Origin: Monocercomonoides exilis PA203 | Taxonomy: Eukaryota > Protista > Preaxostyla | Assembly: GCA_001643675.2 (NCBI GenBank) | Contig: LSRY02000013.1 | Coordinates: 1,612,001-1,676,000 of the forward strand | Reading direction: 5' to 3' | DNA length: 64,000 bases | Shown here: positions 1-13,763 of the stretch, piece by piece | Position numbering within the stretch: position 1 is the first letter of the stretch | Layout of the letters: each line of letters starts with the position of its first letter | The notes under the pieces: generated by a model | The model's input: the letters and a program-made list of their open reading frames with translations, nothing else | What the model was told of the DNA's origin: nothing | Databases searched by the model: none | Program-made: the position numbers and the translations under genes

Positions 1-1353
1 AATCGATTTGTTGTTATGAAGGTGTATGAAATATATCAAAAAAAGGGGTACCAAGGTGTGACCTCTTTTTCGAAAAATGTATCTCAAATTTTCAGATCAA
101 AAATCTGTGAAAATTTTTTGCTTTTTTGTTCTTTTAAGAACGAGAAAATGTATATTTTCTATTAGTGTTCATACGTTTCATAATTATTAAAACAACAATA
201 TTCATTAAAAATGATTAAAAAAATGTGTGTTTTGCACTCTTTTCAATTAGAAAAAATTTCCATAACTTTATTTCAAAATGTTCTTTCAACAATTTTTCTC
301 CACATTGACGTTGTATCGAGGTTTGTTTTTTTGTTAACTTATGAGGAAAACACATGCTTTAAAACAAATCTTTCTTCTAGGAAATCAACATGTGTTCTTT
401 CTTTGTTTTAAGTGAAAATATTTGTATGATTGATGAGGAAAAGAATAATTGCTAATAAAAAGGCAGAGAAGGAAGTTCGATATTTATTTATTTTTCCATA
501 TATGAATATTAGCCTGTTGATGTTTTTTGTGTTTCTTTCAGGGCAGCAGGTCAAAAAGAATGAAAATGAATGAAAGCGGGATATCTCATTGTGCAGGCTG
601 ACCATCGAGTTGGGAGAGCGAATTCATACGAAAAGTGCACAGGGTGAAGGGATTGGGAAGGGAATTGGAGTTATATTTTCAGACGGAAAAACAGGATATT
701 TTTCAATGATGAGGGTGGAATTGAGCAAAATGCATAAATTTCACATTTTTCAGAAGGAAGGGAAATCAATGCATTTGAAGCTAAAATGACTTCTGGAAAG
801 GATGGTTGGCAAATCAGATGATGAAACACTTGAAAAAGGAAGGAATAAAAAAATTTAATTGGAGGAAAACAGGTGCCTAGGGGGAAAAAGTTGGAAAATA
901 CTTATAGAAATGGTAAGAAGGTTTGTTGTCGTAATATTTTTGAAGTAATTATTAATTTTTTCATTCAGGATGTTGAAACAGCGAGGGATTAGCTGGCTTT
1001 GAAGAAGAAAAAAGAAAAAGTTTGGGGAAAAAAATAAAGACAGACAGATGAAATTCAAGATATTTCGAAGATTCCCGGCATTGGGCTTTGGCGAAGAATT
1101 AGTTTTTGAGTAAAGGTGATTTTTTGTGAAAGAAGGGGAAGTGAAAAATTGAAAGAAATGGAATGAAAAAGAGATTGACATTTGCTTTGTATTTTTTGTT
1201 GGAGAGGGTGGATGATTGAGCTGAAAGTGAAAAGGATTCTGAGGTTTCTTTTCGGCTGAAGAAGACAAAATCCTGAAGAAGAGAATTTTGTTGAATTTCT
1301 TAGTTGATAATAATATGCATTCATCTTCTTAATTTTTAGCAATTAATCATTTC

Positions 1354-2448
1354 ATGACATTCATTCATCATCTTTTTCTTCTTCATAATCAAATATTTCA
1401 ACATCATATCATACAGTATCTTCTTCTGTTTTCTCTTTCTCTTCCTCATCATTTTCATCCTCCTAATCCTTCTCTTTCATTTCATACACCTTTCATTCAC
1501 CGCCTCCTCTCAACCAACAGATCTTCCCTTGTTCCTTCTTCATTGGCTCTTCAATTCTCTTCTCTTTCTCCATCTTTCCCTTCTCTCTCTTCTCTCTCTC
1601 ACATCCCTTCTCTCCCTCATTCTTTTCTCACTCAACAGCTTCTTTCTCAGTCAACTTCACCTGATCTTTCTCCTTATCCTCCGCCTCTTTTTGATGAATA
1701 CAACGAATTTTCAAACATTTACACAAGAAAACTTCAATTGAGGCAGAACAGACTGAGATGGGGGCAGAAAAACAAGCAGATGTCGAACAAAGAGCAGAGG
1801 AAGCTGGCTATTTTCACTGGAATGTATGAGAATGGGAATGATGGGAAAGATGGAAAAGGAAAAAGAGGAAATGTTGTGAGAGGAATGACAGGAATAACAG
1901 CGATGAGGGAGAGAGAGAAGGAGAAATGGAAAGAAGAACTGAAAGAGAGAGAAAAAGGAAAAGGAAAAGAGAAAGATAAAAAAGAGAAATTTCCTGGTTT
2001 TAAGCTGATGGGTGATTAAGTGGAGGATCTTGATACAGATGAGGCAGTCGATGAATATGGAGTCAATCCATTGGCACTCGAAAACTACTCATCTTCCAAC
2101 ACAATCAACACATTTGATTTTCCTGGCTATGCAACCAATCTTATTGACGACTTTCTCTTTGAGCAATTACTGAACAATGGCGATGGCATTCTGCGAAGAA
2201 GATTCGGTTCGCTTGCAAACAGCCTCATTTCGAGCAGAGAATTGTCCGTTTTTCAGTCAGATGCGATATGAATCCATCTTTTGAGCCTCGAAGACAAAGA
2301 CTGAGAAAAAGCGATAAAATTAAACACAAACCTTTTCACTCATTCGATTGCTGGCATTTGCACAGGAAAAGGAACATCTCCTTCTTCATTGCCCAATGAA
2401 TCTTTTATTTCTCTTTGTCAGCCATCTCCTTCTCCCTCTCCTTCATCA

Positions 2449-2483
<35 letters not shown>

Positions 2484-3803
2484 TGTCTACCAATCAGAGC
2501 CTATTTCATTCAGAATCCATTCTTCTGCTTATTCCTCCATTCCACCTGCCATTTCAGCCATTTCTTCATTCAATTCCCCCACCTCTTCCATCACAAAGAC
2601 ACAAACTTCAACCTCTTCTACTTCTTCTTCTTTCTCTTCTTCTTCTTCTTCTTCTTCTTCTTCTTCTTCTTCTTCTTCTTCTTCCAAATCCACCACCGAC
2701 TCTCGGTCAGAAGCGATGAGCGTGATGAAGACGGAGCCGGAGATGAGCTTCGATTCGACTTCTCATTTTTCCTCCGAATGTTTCATGAGCGGAGTGGTTG
2801 TTGGCATCCTTGAAGGCATCGTGGCAGTGGGAAAACACGGCATCTTTCAGAACTAGCAGCAGTGAAGAGAAATGGCAGGGAAACAGATGAGAAGAGCGAG
2901 AAAGAGAAAGAGAAGAAAAGAGGGAGATGGAAATGGAGAGGAAGAGGAGGAAGATAGAGGAAGATGAGATAAATATTAAGAGGAAGAAGGAGTAATGAGT
3001 GATTCAGAACACAAAAAGCGAAGATACGAAGAAAATGCAAAACAGAAGAGATAGAAAGAAGAGAAGGAAGAACTGGGCAATCTGCAAAAAGATAATTTTT
3101 ACGGGTGTGAATCGAGCCACTTTCGAGAGCAGGTTATCATAGACGTAATTGAAGACAGGCTTAATGATGAATGAGAACAAAATACCGAAAAGAAGGTGAA
3201 GTGAAAGGAACACAAACAGAATTCGTCATGAGCGCTGGACATAGATACAAGAAATTATCTGAATACACAATCATTATCTTCCTCTTCTTCTCCACAAATT
3301 TATTCTCACCATCGATTTGCTTTTTCAGACTCCTTCTACGAAGCGAGTGAAGATGAAAAAGACGAAGAAAACGACGAAGCAAACGACTTTTCAGATGATT
3401 CAGATTGTCCTTAACATGTGCGGCGTCAGCAGAACGAGATGTTCGAATGGATTTTGGCTCAACCTGCATCTTCAGAACGAATCAAGTGCGACATTCACTG
3501 ATGATGCAGCCAAGTGAGTTTGCAATATTCAACTTTGTGGTTTGTACTTCGTAGATTGGATATGGTCCGTATGGAGAGGAAGAGGAAGAGACGGAGAAGA
3601 AGGAGATAGAGAGGAGGAAAATGAAGGAAAAACAGAAAAAGGACTGACTTATCGAACTCCAAAGGGAGCACCAGGGATGAGAACGAAGAAAGAGCAGAGA
3701 GCGCCTTTTATTCATAAAGTTGACCACAAAAGATGTACGTCAGTATCATCATCACTCGCAAGTTTCGATGATCCTGACAATAATTTTGTCTTTTCCTTCT
3801 TCT

Positions 3804-3835
<32 letters not shown>

Positions 3836-4188
3836 CTCCTCTTCCTCCTCCTCCTCCTCTTCCTCCTCTTCCTCCTCCTCTTCCTCCTCCTCCTCCTCCT
3901 CCTTCTTCTTCTTCCTCTTCCTCTTCTCTTTCTTCTTCTTCCTCTTCTTCCTCTTCTTCTCCTTTTTCTCCTCCTCCTCCTCCTCCTCCTCCTTCTTCTT
4001 CTTCTTCTTCTTCTTCTTCATTTCGTTCTCTTCCTCAATCTTTTTATCTTCCTTCTTCGGATTCTATCAAAAATCAAAAATTAATTTCTTCTTCTTCCTC
4101 CTCCTCCTATTCCTCCTCCTCCTCTTCCTCCTCCTCCTCCTCTTCCTCCTCCTCCTCCTCTTCCTCCTCCTTCTCCTCTTCCTCCTCC

Positions 4189-4223
<35 letters not shown>

Positions 4224-5620
4224 CTCCTCTTCCTCCTCCTCCTCCTCTTCCTCCTCCTCCTCCTCTTCCTCCTCCTCCTCCTTCTTCTTCTTCTTCTTCT
4301 TCCAGCCAAATAATCTCCACAGCTTGTTCTCCGCACATATATGTTACCAAAAATGACTGGGCGCATCTTCTCTATTCATTCAGCATCATTCCAAACGATT
4401 CTATCACAACATAAACATTTTTGGAAGAGCTGTTTCTTCGATAAGGAGAATACATCAACAATTGATGGAAGATGATTCTAAAGAAATGTTATCAGATGAA
4501 AGCAGAGAAGAAGATGAGAAAAAGGAGAAGATGAAGGATGAAAAAGGAATAGCTTCTTCTTTTGATAATTTTATTTCAAAAGTTAAATGCGATGGAGAAA
4601 CGAATGGGATGAGTCAGCTTGGCAACTTGAGTGATAACAATAAACTTGATTCGGCGACTCAATCAGAAGAATTCAGCAACTTTCAGATAGTGCTCAGCAG
4701 GAAAGGCGACTTTGCTCAGCCTCCAGAAATTCATTTTTCCTCTTCTGCTGTTCGCCGCTGCAACTCTGGAAGCATTCACAGGCACGGAATAAGCAGCAGC
4801 TTTCCCATTCTTCTTTTCTTTTCTTTATTTTTCTGCTTTTCCACTAGGTTTGCTTTGTACTTATTCTGTTTGTCTTCATCCACACAGAAGAAGTGCTGGT
4901 TATCAGATTGGGAGTTCTGTTGAGCCAGAGGCAAAAGGGAAAAATGAACCTTATTTTTTAACAATCACGGGAATTCTGATTCATTTTGTTGAGTGAACAG
5001 ATCGAAAGAAACAGAAAGATAAGTAAATGAAGAGGGAAAAGGATGATTTAGAAGATAAAGGAGATCGAGGAGATGAGAGAGATAGTGGTGAATTGCAATC
5101 AAGGCAGATGAAAGTGGGGAAAAAAAGAAATTAAAAAACGGAAGTAACAAAGAACTTGAAAAAGTTAGAAAAGGAAACTTTGAAGAAGAAAGAGCGAAAG
5201 AGTGAGTGAAGAAGAAGATACTGAGAAGGATGCCACAAGCATGCAAGCACCAAAATCGTTCAAAAAAGCGCCAAATGAATAGACTAATTCTTATCAATCT
5301 GAACAATTTGATGGAGTGGCTGCTGAAAGAACTGAGCAGCAAGAATTTGCATCTTCTTTTATATCATCTTCCTTCTAATCGTCATCACGGCCAGTTGATT
5401 GTGAGGCAACTGAATGTTGCTATGTCCAAATATCTCGCTCTTTTGCAACCTCTTCTACGGATGTGGAGAAAGAAGCTGCAACTGAAACGTGTTCAAATGC
5501 AACTGCGATCACTTTCATTACAAACCCTCCTTTGACTGCCACCAATTTTCTTCTTCGTCGTCTTCGTCGTATTCTTCTTCCTTTTCTTCCTCTTCTTCCT
5601 TTTCTTTTTCTTCTACTTCT

Positions 5621-5661
<41 letters not shown>

Positions 5662-5840
5662 TTCTTCTTCTTCTTCTTCTTCTTCTTCTTCTTCTTCCAT
5701 TTCATATTCTTTGTGTGCAAAAATTTCATATAACACCACTTTTTCATCATCATCTCTTTCTTCATTTGATTGGATTTCTTCTTTTTTTTGTCTCATCTTA
5801 ATATGGGATGATTACAGAAAGAAAGAAGAAGGGTATTTCT
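1354..5840 (+). pseudogene. Decayed large Ser/Glu-rich gene(s), unidentified
   Basis: Chain of mostly same-frame ORFs split by stops (1354-2019, 2020-2271, 2389-2856, 4462-4923, 5489-5842) with poly-Ser tracts. Confidence 0.4.
3795..4302. repeat. (TCC/TCT)n pyrimidine microsatellite blocks, including a 15-bp TCTTCCTCCTCCTCC periodicity
   Basis: Directly visible; two blocks separated by a short unique spacer at about 4020-4085. Confidence 0.9.
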
Positions 5841-5959
5841 GAAGAAAAAAAAAACAGTTGAAAATGAGAAGAAGATTGACGAGATGATGAAGGGAATGAA
5901 GATTAAGAGAAAGAAGAGCATATATATTGGCAAAAAATGATGAATGGAAATTGGTTAGT

Positions 5960-7740
5960 GAAAATTGCTGAGATTTAACAAAATGAGGAAGTTAAATGGA
6001 AAGGGGGAGAAGTTGGAACAAAAGACGATAACGGACCAGAACAGGAAGCGACAACGAAGCAAGAAGAGTTCGTTGAATATCTGAATCATTTTGTATAATG
6101 CTTCTTTTTCATGAGCGCCTTGGAGTACAGCAACAAAGAATGGGGGAGGGTGTTGAGAAGCAACGCAGAAGAGAGCATATCCGCTTTTGAGAAGCAACAA
6201 TGATGTATCAGGTGGCATGCCGCGTCCTCCATTGAGCGAGGCGATGTTTAGAACACAGGCGTTGGAGCAGATAAGATTGCGGAGCGTGGAGGGGTAATTC
6301 AGGATGGAGAGGATGTCGTTGGTGAGTTAAAAGTGGACTTTGAGCATACTTCGACAGAGTTGGCCGAGAAAAATGATAGAAAAGATAAAGCGCTTCAAAA
6401 CAAAGGAGCTTTCTGATCGATTTGTATCAAAGCATGAAGGAAAATTTCGTAAACAACAATTACGAGATCTATAGCGATAAGATGTTCTCCCGAGCTGTCG
6501 GAGCTATCATCTTACACAAGCGCGGACGAGGTAGCGTTGAAAGAGGAAAGGATGATGTGGAAGAGAAAAAATCAGTATGATGTGCGATCACGAAGAGCAG
6601 GTTTTGAGAAGTGAAGTGCTCCCTTGCAAGCACATAGCAGTTCAGAATTGAGGTAAAAGAACAGGCCAGCGAATGAAAAGAAGTTAGAGAGATACATCAA
6701 AATATTATTCATCAAGGTTAAAGACAGAATAGCGTATGGACGATAAAAAGGAACGGAAGGAGATCCGGCTTTTATATGAGAGAAGCGCTGAGAAACTTAA
6801 CAAAAACGGAATATATGTGGTGAAGTGAACAAGAACAAGGCTTCCAGTGACTGATTCGAATCGGACATTATAGATGGTGTATGTCTCGGCAAACGAATAT
6901 CTGGTGGGCGCGGTAGAAGGTGATGAAATAGGAGGATATAGACATCTGGATCGGTGTCGAGGGAGGGAGAGCAGGAGTCGGAGCCGCAGAAAAGGTGTTT
7001 TTGGAGAGAGAGGGCTGGATGACGTTGATGGAAAAGAAGGACTCGTTGATTTGGTTGGGGATGTTGGGCATCTGAGAAATAAATCCTTAGCCACGAAGGA
7101 ATCATTCAATGCAAAGTGGAGGTGGAGATAAAGAGAGGGATGGAAGGGGCGCTTTCACGCTTTTTCCAATCGATAAATGGTCAATGCCTATGCTTATTGA
7201 ATGGGAGCATATGTACTGTGTGAAGATGTGTGCCGATGAAATAAGCCGTGAATAATCGTTATGAAGGCGCATCATTGCTGTCAGCCCTCAACAGTACAGT
7301 CGATAGAACATTTCCTCTCAGAACACACCAGAGCCGGCCCGTTGCATAAGAACATAATGTGGCACAGTTTGCTTACTCCCATCCGAATACTGTTCTAGAT
7401 TCTGGTACAGTTTGCCTCGAAGCTGTTGAGCTGGTCAGAGCAGACGGGGAGACTGCCACTAGTGAAGAATCAGCGAAGAAAGAGAAAGCAAATAGATGAG
7501 ATACAAGGACAGTGAAAGTGGATGTAGCAGCCATGTGGAGAAATAGGCCATTCAAGGAGACAGCGGAGATGCAGTTGGATCAATGGGCACACGCCCTTCT
7601 TCTTCATCAGCCATCGCAGAAGATAGGAGTGTTTGCAGAACCTGCATGGAAAAGTATCAGTTCGACAAAAGGAAAGAAGCTGAAGTGGTGAATGTCTAGA
7701 TATAAAATGATAAAAAAAAGAAGTGAAATGAGAATGAGTG
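5960..7740 (-). pseudogene. Decayed ORF of unknown function next to the GGG-family right end (paralogue of 44250-46040)
   Basis: Translates to RFIFSIIFLGQLCRSML...LTNDILSILNYPST...FNELFL, PNQRVLLF and LPRPPDIR, matching the 44-46 kb copy. Strand inferred from codon style. Confidence 0.55.
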
Positions 7741-7749
7741 GGGTGCGGA

Positions 7750-8376
7750 AGGTTTAGAGATGTGGAAAATGATGCTAGAATGGTTGCAATGTGAAATCTT
7801 TTTCAGTGTTAAAAGTGGTGCATGAATTTCATAGATTTTTTCTTTTATTTCTCTTGACAACGTTGATCAATTATTCAAAATGACTTTTAAAAAAGAATTG
7901 TTTGTTTTTAACATGTATAAACAACAATTTGTTGTTTATTCGATTAATGCCTTTTTTTCTATCAAATTTGTCAATGTTTGTTTTGAAAATTTTTTGTAAA
8001 CAACAAAAATTTTATGATCAACAAAATAAATTTTATAATTTCTTTGCAATGACATTATTTTGCAAATATTTAAATATGAAATAGATTAATAACGCATTGG
8101 AATAATATTTATCGTGTTTTATTAACGTTTGAACGAGTATTTCTTTCTGTTTGCTTCAGTTTTGATATTTTTTGAATAATTTTTAAAGTTTTTTTCAAAA
8201 TTTGTAATTAAAATTATGAGAAACAAATTCAAATCAACAAATAAATAATAATAATAATAATTAGAGCAATAAATTTGTGAGATCATCACTTTCTTTTTTC
8301 TTATCAACCCCACCCTTAATGAAAATTTTTTATGATCAAACGTCGGAATTTTTAATGATATCAAAAAAAATCACCC
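7750..8376. mobile_element. Orphan right end (TIR plus subterminal region) of the GGG...CCC family
   Basis: ...ATGATATCAAAAAAAATCACCC ends at 8376, and the subterminal region resembles 46050-46655. It is followed by AAAT. Confidence 0.8.
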
Positions 8377-8414
8377 AAATACGTTCACAGCTTGCTTCGC
8401 TGCACGGAGATGAT

Positions 8415-11400
8415 TAGGCCTCTGCGACCGACCGACATTTTTTAGACAACTCGACAGCTCGACCGACAATTTTGTCGAGTTTTATTTTTTTATTATTAAA
8501 AAATTTTTTTATTTTTTATTTTTATTTTTTGTTAATGAAAAATTAAACAAAAATTTATTTTTTATTTTTTATCTGTAAAGGTTCATTATTTTAAATGGAA
8601 ATGATAAATCAAATATTTTTTTTTAAAAATTCATATATTTAATATAGGGTTATCGACAGATCTTTGTCGAGATCAGTCGTTTGACAAAGATCAGTCGAAT
8701 TGTAAGATATAAATGTGCTAAAATGATTTTTTGACAATTGTTAATTATTTTTTATTTTGATACTTTCACTCACTAAAAGATTTCACTTTTTTTCATTTTT
8801 GAATCATGCTTGCTTTGATTTCTTGTAATGTGGTTCAATTATAAAGTTAAATTTCTTTCACAATTTTGTAATTTTCAAACAAGTCATATTGTTCATCATT
8901 TGAAAGAGGAAATGGCGTTTTGAATATTTCAAACAATTATCTTTTATCTTTTTGGTTTTTATTTTTAATACAAATTGAATCATTGTTTCAGTCATCACAT
9001 TTGATTATTACGGTAATTCTATGAAATGATAAAGTTGTTATTAGTTTACTATTATTGTTACTAATAATTGTAAAAATCGTTTGTTTAAAGTTAAAATTTG
9101 CACAAAAATATATGATGTGATTCTTTTTCTGTAACATGAAACGTTGATAATATAAAAGTGAAGGAATATTATTTTCTAAACAAAAAAGTGAATGAAACGA
9201 AGTTAAGATAATTTAGTATACTCCAGAGAATGAAATATCACTCTATTGGAGTGTGTGAGCGAGATGAAATGAATACAAGGAAACTACAATGGTAATGAAG
9301 GATCAGATGGAGCTACATGCGAAGCCGAAGAGAACAGAAGAAAAGAAGGTTGCTGAAATGAAAAAATTGTCTGATGGAGTGAAGAACATCGCATTTGTCG
9401 AAAGAAATTGTTTCAAAGAAGAGAGAAGGCGAAAAGTGGAAGAAGAAGAAGGAGAAGAAATAAAAGATTTTAAAAAAATCATGTGATGAAGAGGAGGAGG
9501 AGAAGGAGGAGGAGAAAAAGGAAAAGAAGAAAGAAGAAGGAGAAGGAGGAGGAGGAGGAGAAGAAGAAGAAGAAGATAGTGACGTAGAAATTTGACAAGA
9601 AAATGGAAATAAAGTTTAGAAAGATGAATGAAATGGAAAAGAAGATTATCATTGAATGAAATTCACCACAAAATCAAATTATTTCAAAAAAAATCCGAAA
9701 TAAAAGTCACTCAAAAAGTGCAATGAAACAACAATTACATCACAAATTTCTTTTCTTTCTCTTTCTCTCTTTCTCTCCTTCTCTCTCTTTCTCAAAAAAA
9801 CAAAAATAAATATAAAATTTCATCCTTTCTATCAAACCTGTCTTTCTTTCTTAACCCCATCAATTGTTGACTCCCAACTTCCTTTTGTCCTTTCCTTCTC
9901 TTCCACCCTCTCGTTGTACTTCAAATCTCTCAACAGCATCTAAGTATCTGCAATCGGATCCTTCGAATGAAGCTGCTTGCTCAGCGTGGCGATTGCTTCG
10001 GGTGAAAAATCCTGAAAGGGAAGAAGAGGGAAGAAGAGGGAAGGGAAGGGAAGTGGAATGGAAAGGTTGATATTTCATTTATACACAAAGAAAGAAAAAA
10101 ATAAAGAAAGAAAGATGATCATAAGAATATAAAATAATAAAAATAAATGAAATCATTTAAAATTGCAACATATATAAAAGAATAATCACAAATAAATATC
10201 AACTCCATGACTTCAATAAACAGAATTAACACAACCTTCAGCTTGTCCAGATTCCGAGCAGCTAACGCTCTCTGCATCTTCAAATTCATCAGCATCGTCG
10301 CTGTCTGCACAATCGGATCATTCTCATCCACACTCACACTTACATCTCCATTTCTATTGATTTCACTTCCTTCTCCTCCTTCTCCTCCTTCTCCTCCTTC
10401 TCTTTCTCCTTCTCCTCTTCCTTCTCTTCCAGATACATTCCTCGATGTCATCCCTCTCTTTTTCGCCTGTCTCACAGCAGTAAAAGGTGGAAGCACCATT
10501 CTTCTGCTTCTTCCGTTTCCGCCAGCAGATGAAGCTCTTATTTGAGAAGAAGAAGAAGAAGAAGAAGAAGAAGAAAAAGAAAAAGAGGAGGAGAAGGAGG
10601 AGGAAGGAGAAGAAGGACGACGAAGAGCTGGGAGTTGTTGTCTTGTGCTGATGATGGACATTGTGATTCTTCTTCAATGAGATGTCAATGTTATGTTGAA
10701 ATGGATTAATAAATAAAGAAGAAGAAGAAAGAAGGAAATTAATAAATAAATAATAAATAAATAAATAAATATAAAAATATTGTCAAAAAAAATCAATTCT
10801 ATTCAAAAGCATACGACGTAATGTTCCATCGATACTTTGAGCAAGCGGGAGCAGGCGAGCGGTGCATGTGGGAGAAATTCCGTAGAAGAGAGAAGCAGGA
10901 GGAGAGGAGAGGAGCCTGGCAGTGGAGAAAGGAGACATCGGAGTGAGCTGGGAAGAGCGGGAGGTGATTGGAGAACGGAGGAGGATACAGTTGGGTTGGA
11001 TAAAGCGACTGAGAAGAGGTGAAGGAAGGATATGAGAGGAGGAGGAGGAGGAAAAAGAGAAAGTGAAGGCACTTGTGACATGAAAGATGGAGTTGTGGAG
11101 TGGAATGAGATGTGCTTTGATGAAGTGGCATGAAATGGAAATTAAGTGTCTATTGAAGATGGCTGTGTTGTAGTGGGCAGAAGCAAAGGAACTGGTCAAA
11201 TGGAAGATGAAGAGGAGGAGGAAGAAGAATAGAAAGATAATAATGCATGAGTTATTTTTCTTCGAGCTTTTTAAATAACAACGTTAAAATTATCGCAATT
11301 AATCAAATCTACATCAGCAGCAAAGATATCACATAAATCTTCCATTCACAATCATTGTATTTATCACAAAACAACAATCTTTTTGATTTCTTTCATATAT

Positions 11401-11669
11401 CTTCTCCAGTTTTTCGCAAATTTCTCATTTGTTTTTCAAACGCAAAATATATTATTATTATGGTTAAAAAATATCAAAAAATACCAAAAAATTAAAAAAA
11501 TAAAAAATAAAAAAATTAAAAAATAAAAAAAAACAGTGAAGTTTAAATCAAACAGATATATTCATGAATTGCAAAATTAGGGAAAAAACAATCATATTAA
11601 TCTTATCGACAAATGAATAATTTCTCGACCGACAAATTGCACGCAAAAAATATGTGTCGCAGAGGCCTA
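8415..11669. mobile_element. 3.25-kb non-autonomous hAT-like element with decayed gene cargo
   Basis: TIR TAGGCCTCTGCGAC / GTCGCAGAGGCCTA, subterminal CGAC/GTCG repeats, and a flanking direct repeat ACGGAGATGA (8404-8413 and 11669-11678) offset 1-2 nt from the left terminus. Confidence 0.75.
9760..11250 (-). pseudogene. Decayed intron-containing, Ser-rich host gene fragment carried in the 8415 element
   Basis: Short minus-strand ORFs (10783-11199, 10119-10661, 9860-10078) separated by AT-rich intron-like blocks; no recognisable domain. Confidence 0.4.
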
Positions 11670-12399
11670 CGGAGATGAAACAAAAGAAAAACAAATATTC
11701 GAATATATGGTGTGATTGAAACTTTTCTTGGATAAATATATATAATAGATTTGATCATTATCTTCCACAACAGAACTTGGCGATGCACTCAACTCACTTT
11801 AGAATATCTTCAGACACAACTCTTTCAGCTTTTGATTTTCTATAAATAAAACTGAATTTATTAATATTTCATACATTCGCTCCATCCTATTGCTCCAATC
11901 AGACGTGATGCATGAAGAAATATTGAGGCACATTTCGTCTTCTTTGTCAGTTGAATATGGAGAGATGATATCGAAAACTTTGCTAGCAAAAAGCGATTCA
12001 ACTTCATCTTCTTCCGATTCAATTGCAGCATCTGAAGATTCATTCGTGTCGGAAAATGAATCAGATGATCTTGATGATGATGTTTAAAAAGATGATGAAC
12101 AAGATGAAGATGATGATAGTGATGAAGATGAAGAAGATGAAGATGATTTTATGACTGAATCATAATTAATAACACTCTCAAGCACAATTGTTGCTTTTTC
12201 ATTTTGTTCTATCAGAGTGAGGCTCAAATAATCACATCCGTTTTTTTTTTCATTCATCGAGTTAATTCAAATAGCTCGTTGACTAAAAAAAATAAGATGT
12301 TATATATATAAAAGCAAGGAATAAAACAATTAAACAATTTTCGAATCTGTTAATATATCTTGAAACTCTTTGATTAGTGAATCTTTGTTTAAAATTATG

Positions 12400-12697
12400 G
12401 GTATTGACATGACTTTTTTGACTGAGACACAAAAAGATCAACAAGTCACTGACTTGGAAATTCCCTAACTGTTGATCTGGTCATTTCCCATCATTTACAA
12501 AATACTCAAATTAATTTTATTCCATGAAGTTATAATTTGGATATTTGAAATTCATAAAAATATTATGAGTGAAAAAATTTTCGAACTGAATGAAATATAT
12601 ACCAAATAAAAAAAATACAACTTTGACTAAAAAAAATGAAAAAGTCAGTCAGAATCGAAATTTTTATCATTAAAAGTCAGTAAGTCTCAAAGGCTTA
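12400..12697. mobile_element. Orphan right end of a hAT-like element
   Basis: Ends ...GTCAGTAAGTCTCAAAGGCTTA, similar to the 60194 terminus (...GTCAAGTCAGACAGGCTTA), with many subterminal TGAC/GTCA motifs. No left partner seen in the window. Confidence 0.5.
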
Positions 12698-12734
12698 GTT
12701 CATTCCTTTGTAATAATAGTTACAACAATGAGTC

Positions 12735-12840
12735 TTTTATTTTTTTATTTTTTTATTTTTTTATTTTTTTATTTTTTTATTTTTTTATTTTTTTATTTTT
12801 TTATTTTTTTATTTTTTTATTTTTTTATTTTTTTATTTTT
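12735..12840. repeat. (TTTTTTTA)n tandem repeat
   Basis: About 13 copies of an 8-bp unit. Confidence 0.85.
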
Positions 12841-13763
12841 AATTAAATTTTTTTTTCGGAATTGGAAAATTGGTGACGGACGTGATGAATTTTTTTCTTC
12901 ACATCACCCATGGTTAAAATAAACATGTGTTACATGCTGACATTTGACATGCGAAAAGAAACAACATACTGACATTGAGCTCAAAAATTATTACAAAGTG
13001 GTTTGCATTTTCATTTATTTTGATTAATTTTTGGTTAATCACAACTTTAACTAACATTCAGAAACTTGTTTTTTTTTCGGATCTTTCGTGATAGAATGAT
13101 TTAATATGTGTGATTATATCTGAAATCATTTCTTTTTTCGGAGTGTTGACTTTTCAATAATTGTTGGCTTTTTGAAAGAAAATTTTAATTCAAAAGAGAA
13201 AAAGCATGATAATTGTTTTTTGAAACAAATGTTTTTTCTGAATTAAAAATTAAAATGTGTTCAATAAGCCTTTTCACTTATCAATTTTTTATATTGATAT
13301 TCAAGAAATATTTTTGCGCCGAAATTTTTGAATGAAGAAACATGATTTCAAAAATAATCACACACATAATATTATAAAACATGCTAGGGGTGAATTTTTC
13401 ATTCTTGCAATATTTTTTTTCAATGAAATAAATCAAAATTTTGAAAATATTATGGTTATGATCAAACAAATTTTGAAATTTTTTTGTTTGAAAATTGAAC
13501 GATTTTTTGTTATATCATAGTGGCATAGGTGTAAATTGTACAACTTTCAGTTTGAATTTTTTCAAAATTTGAATATCATAGCGTTAATCTGCATAATTTA
13601 ACTGAGCGATTCAAGGAGGGAAATTGCGAAATTCGATCATGAAAATTCACTCGATCTTTATTATTGATCAAAAATCCGATAATTTATTATTTCATTTTTG
13701 ATCAAAAACATTATTTAATAATTTTATTTGAACTTTTAAAAATTTTGAATACTCATCAAATCC

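Noticed and set aside
520-1300. Possible homology to the minus strand of 55400-55860
   Set aside because: Similarity is limited to GEGI...YF and purine-rich composition, too weak to support by eye.
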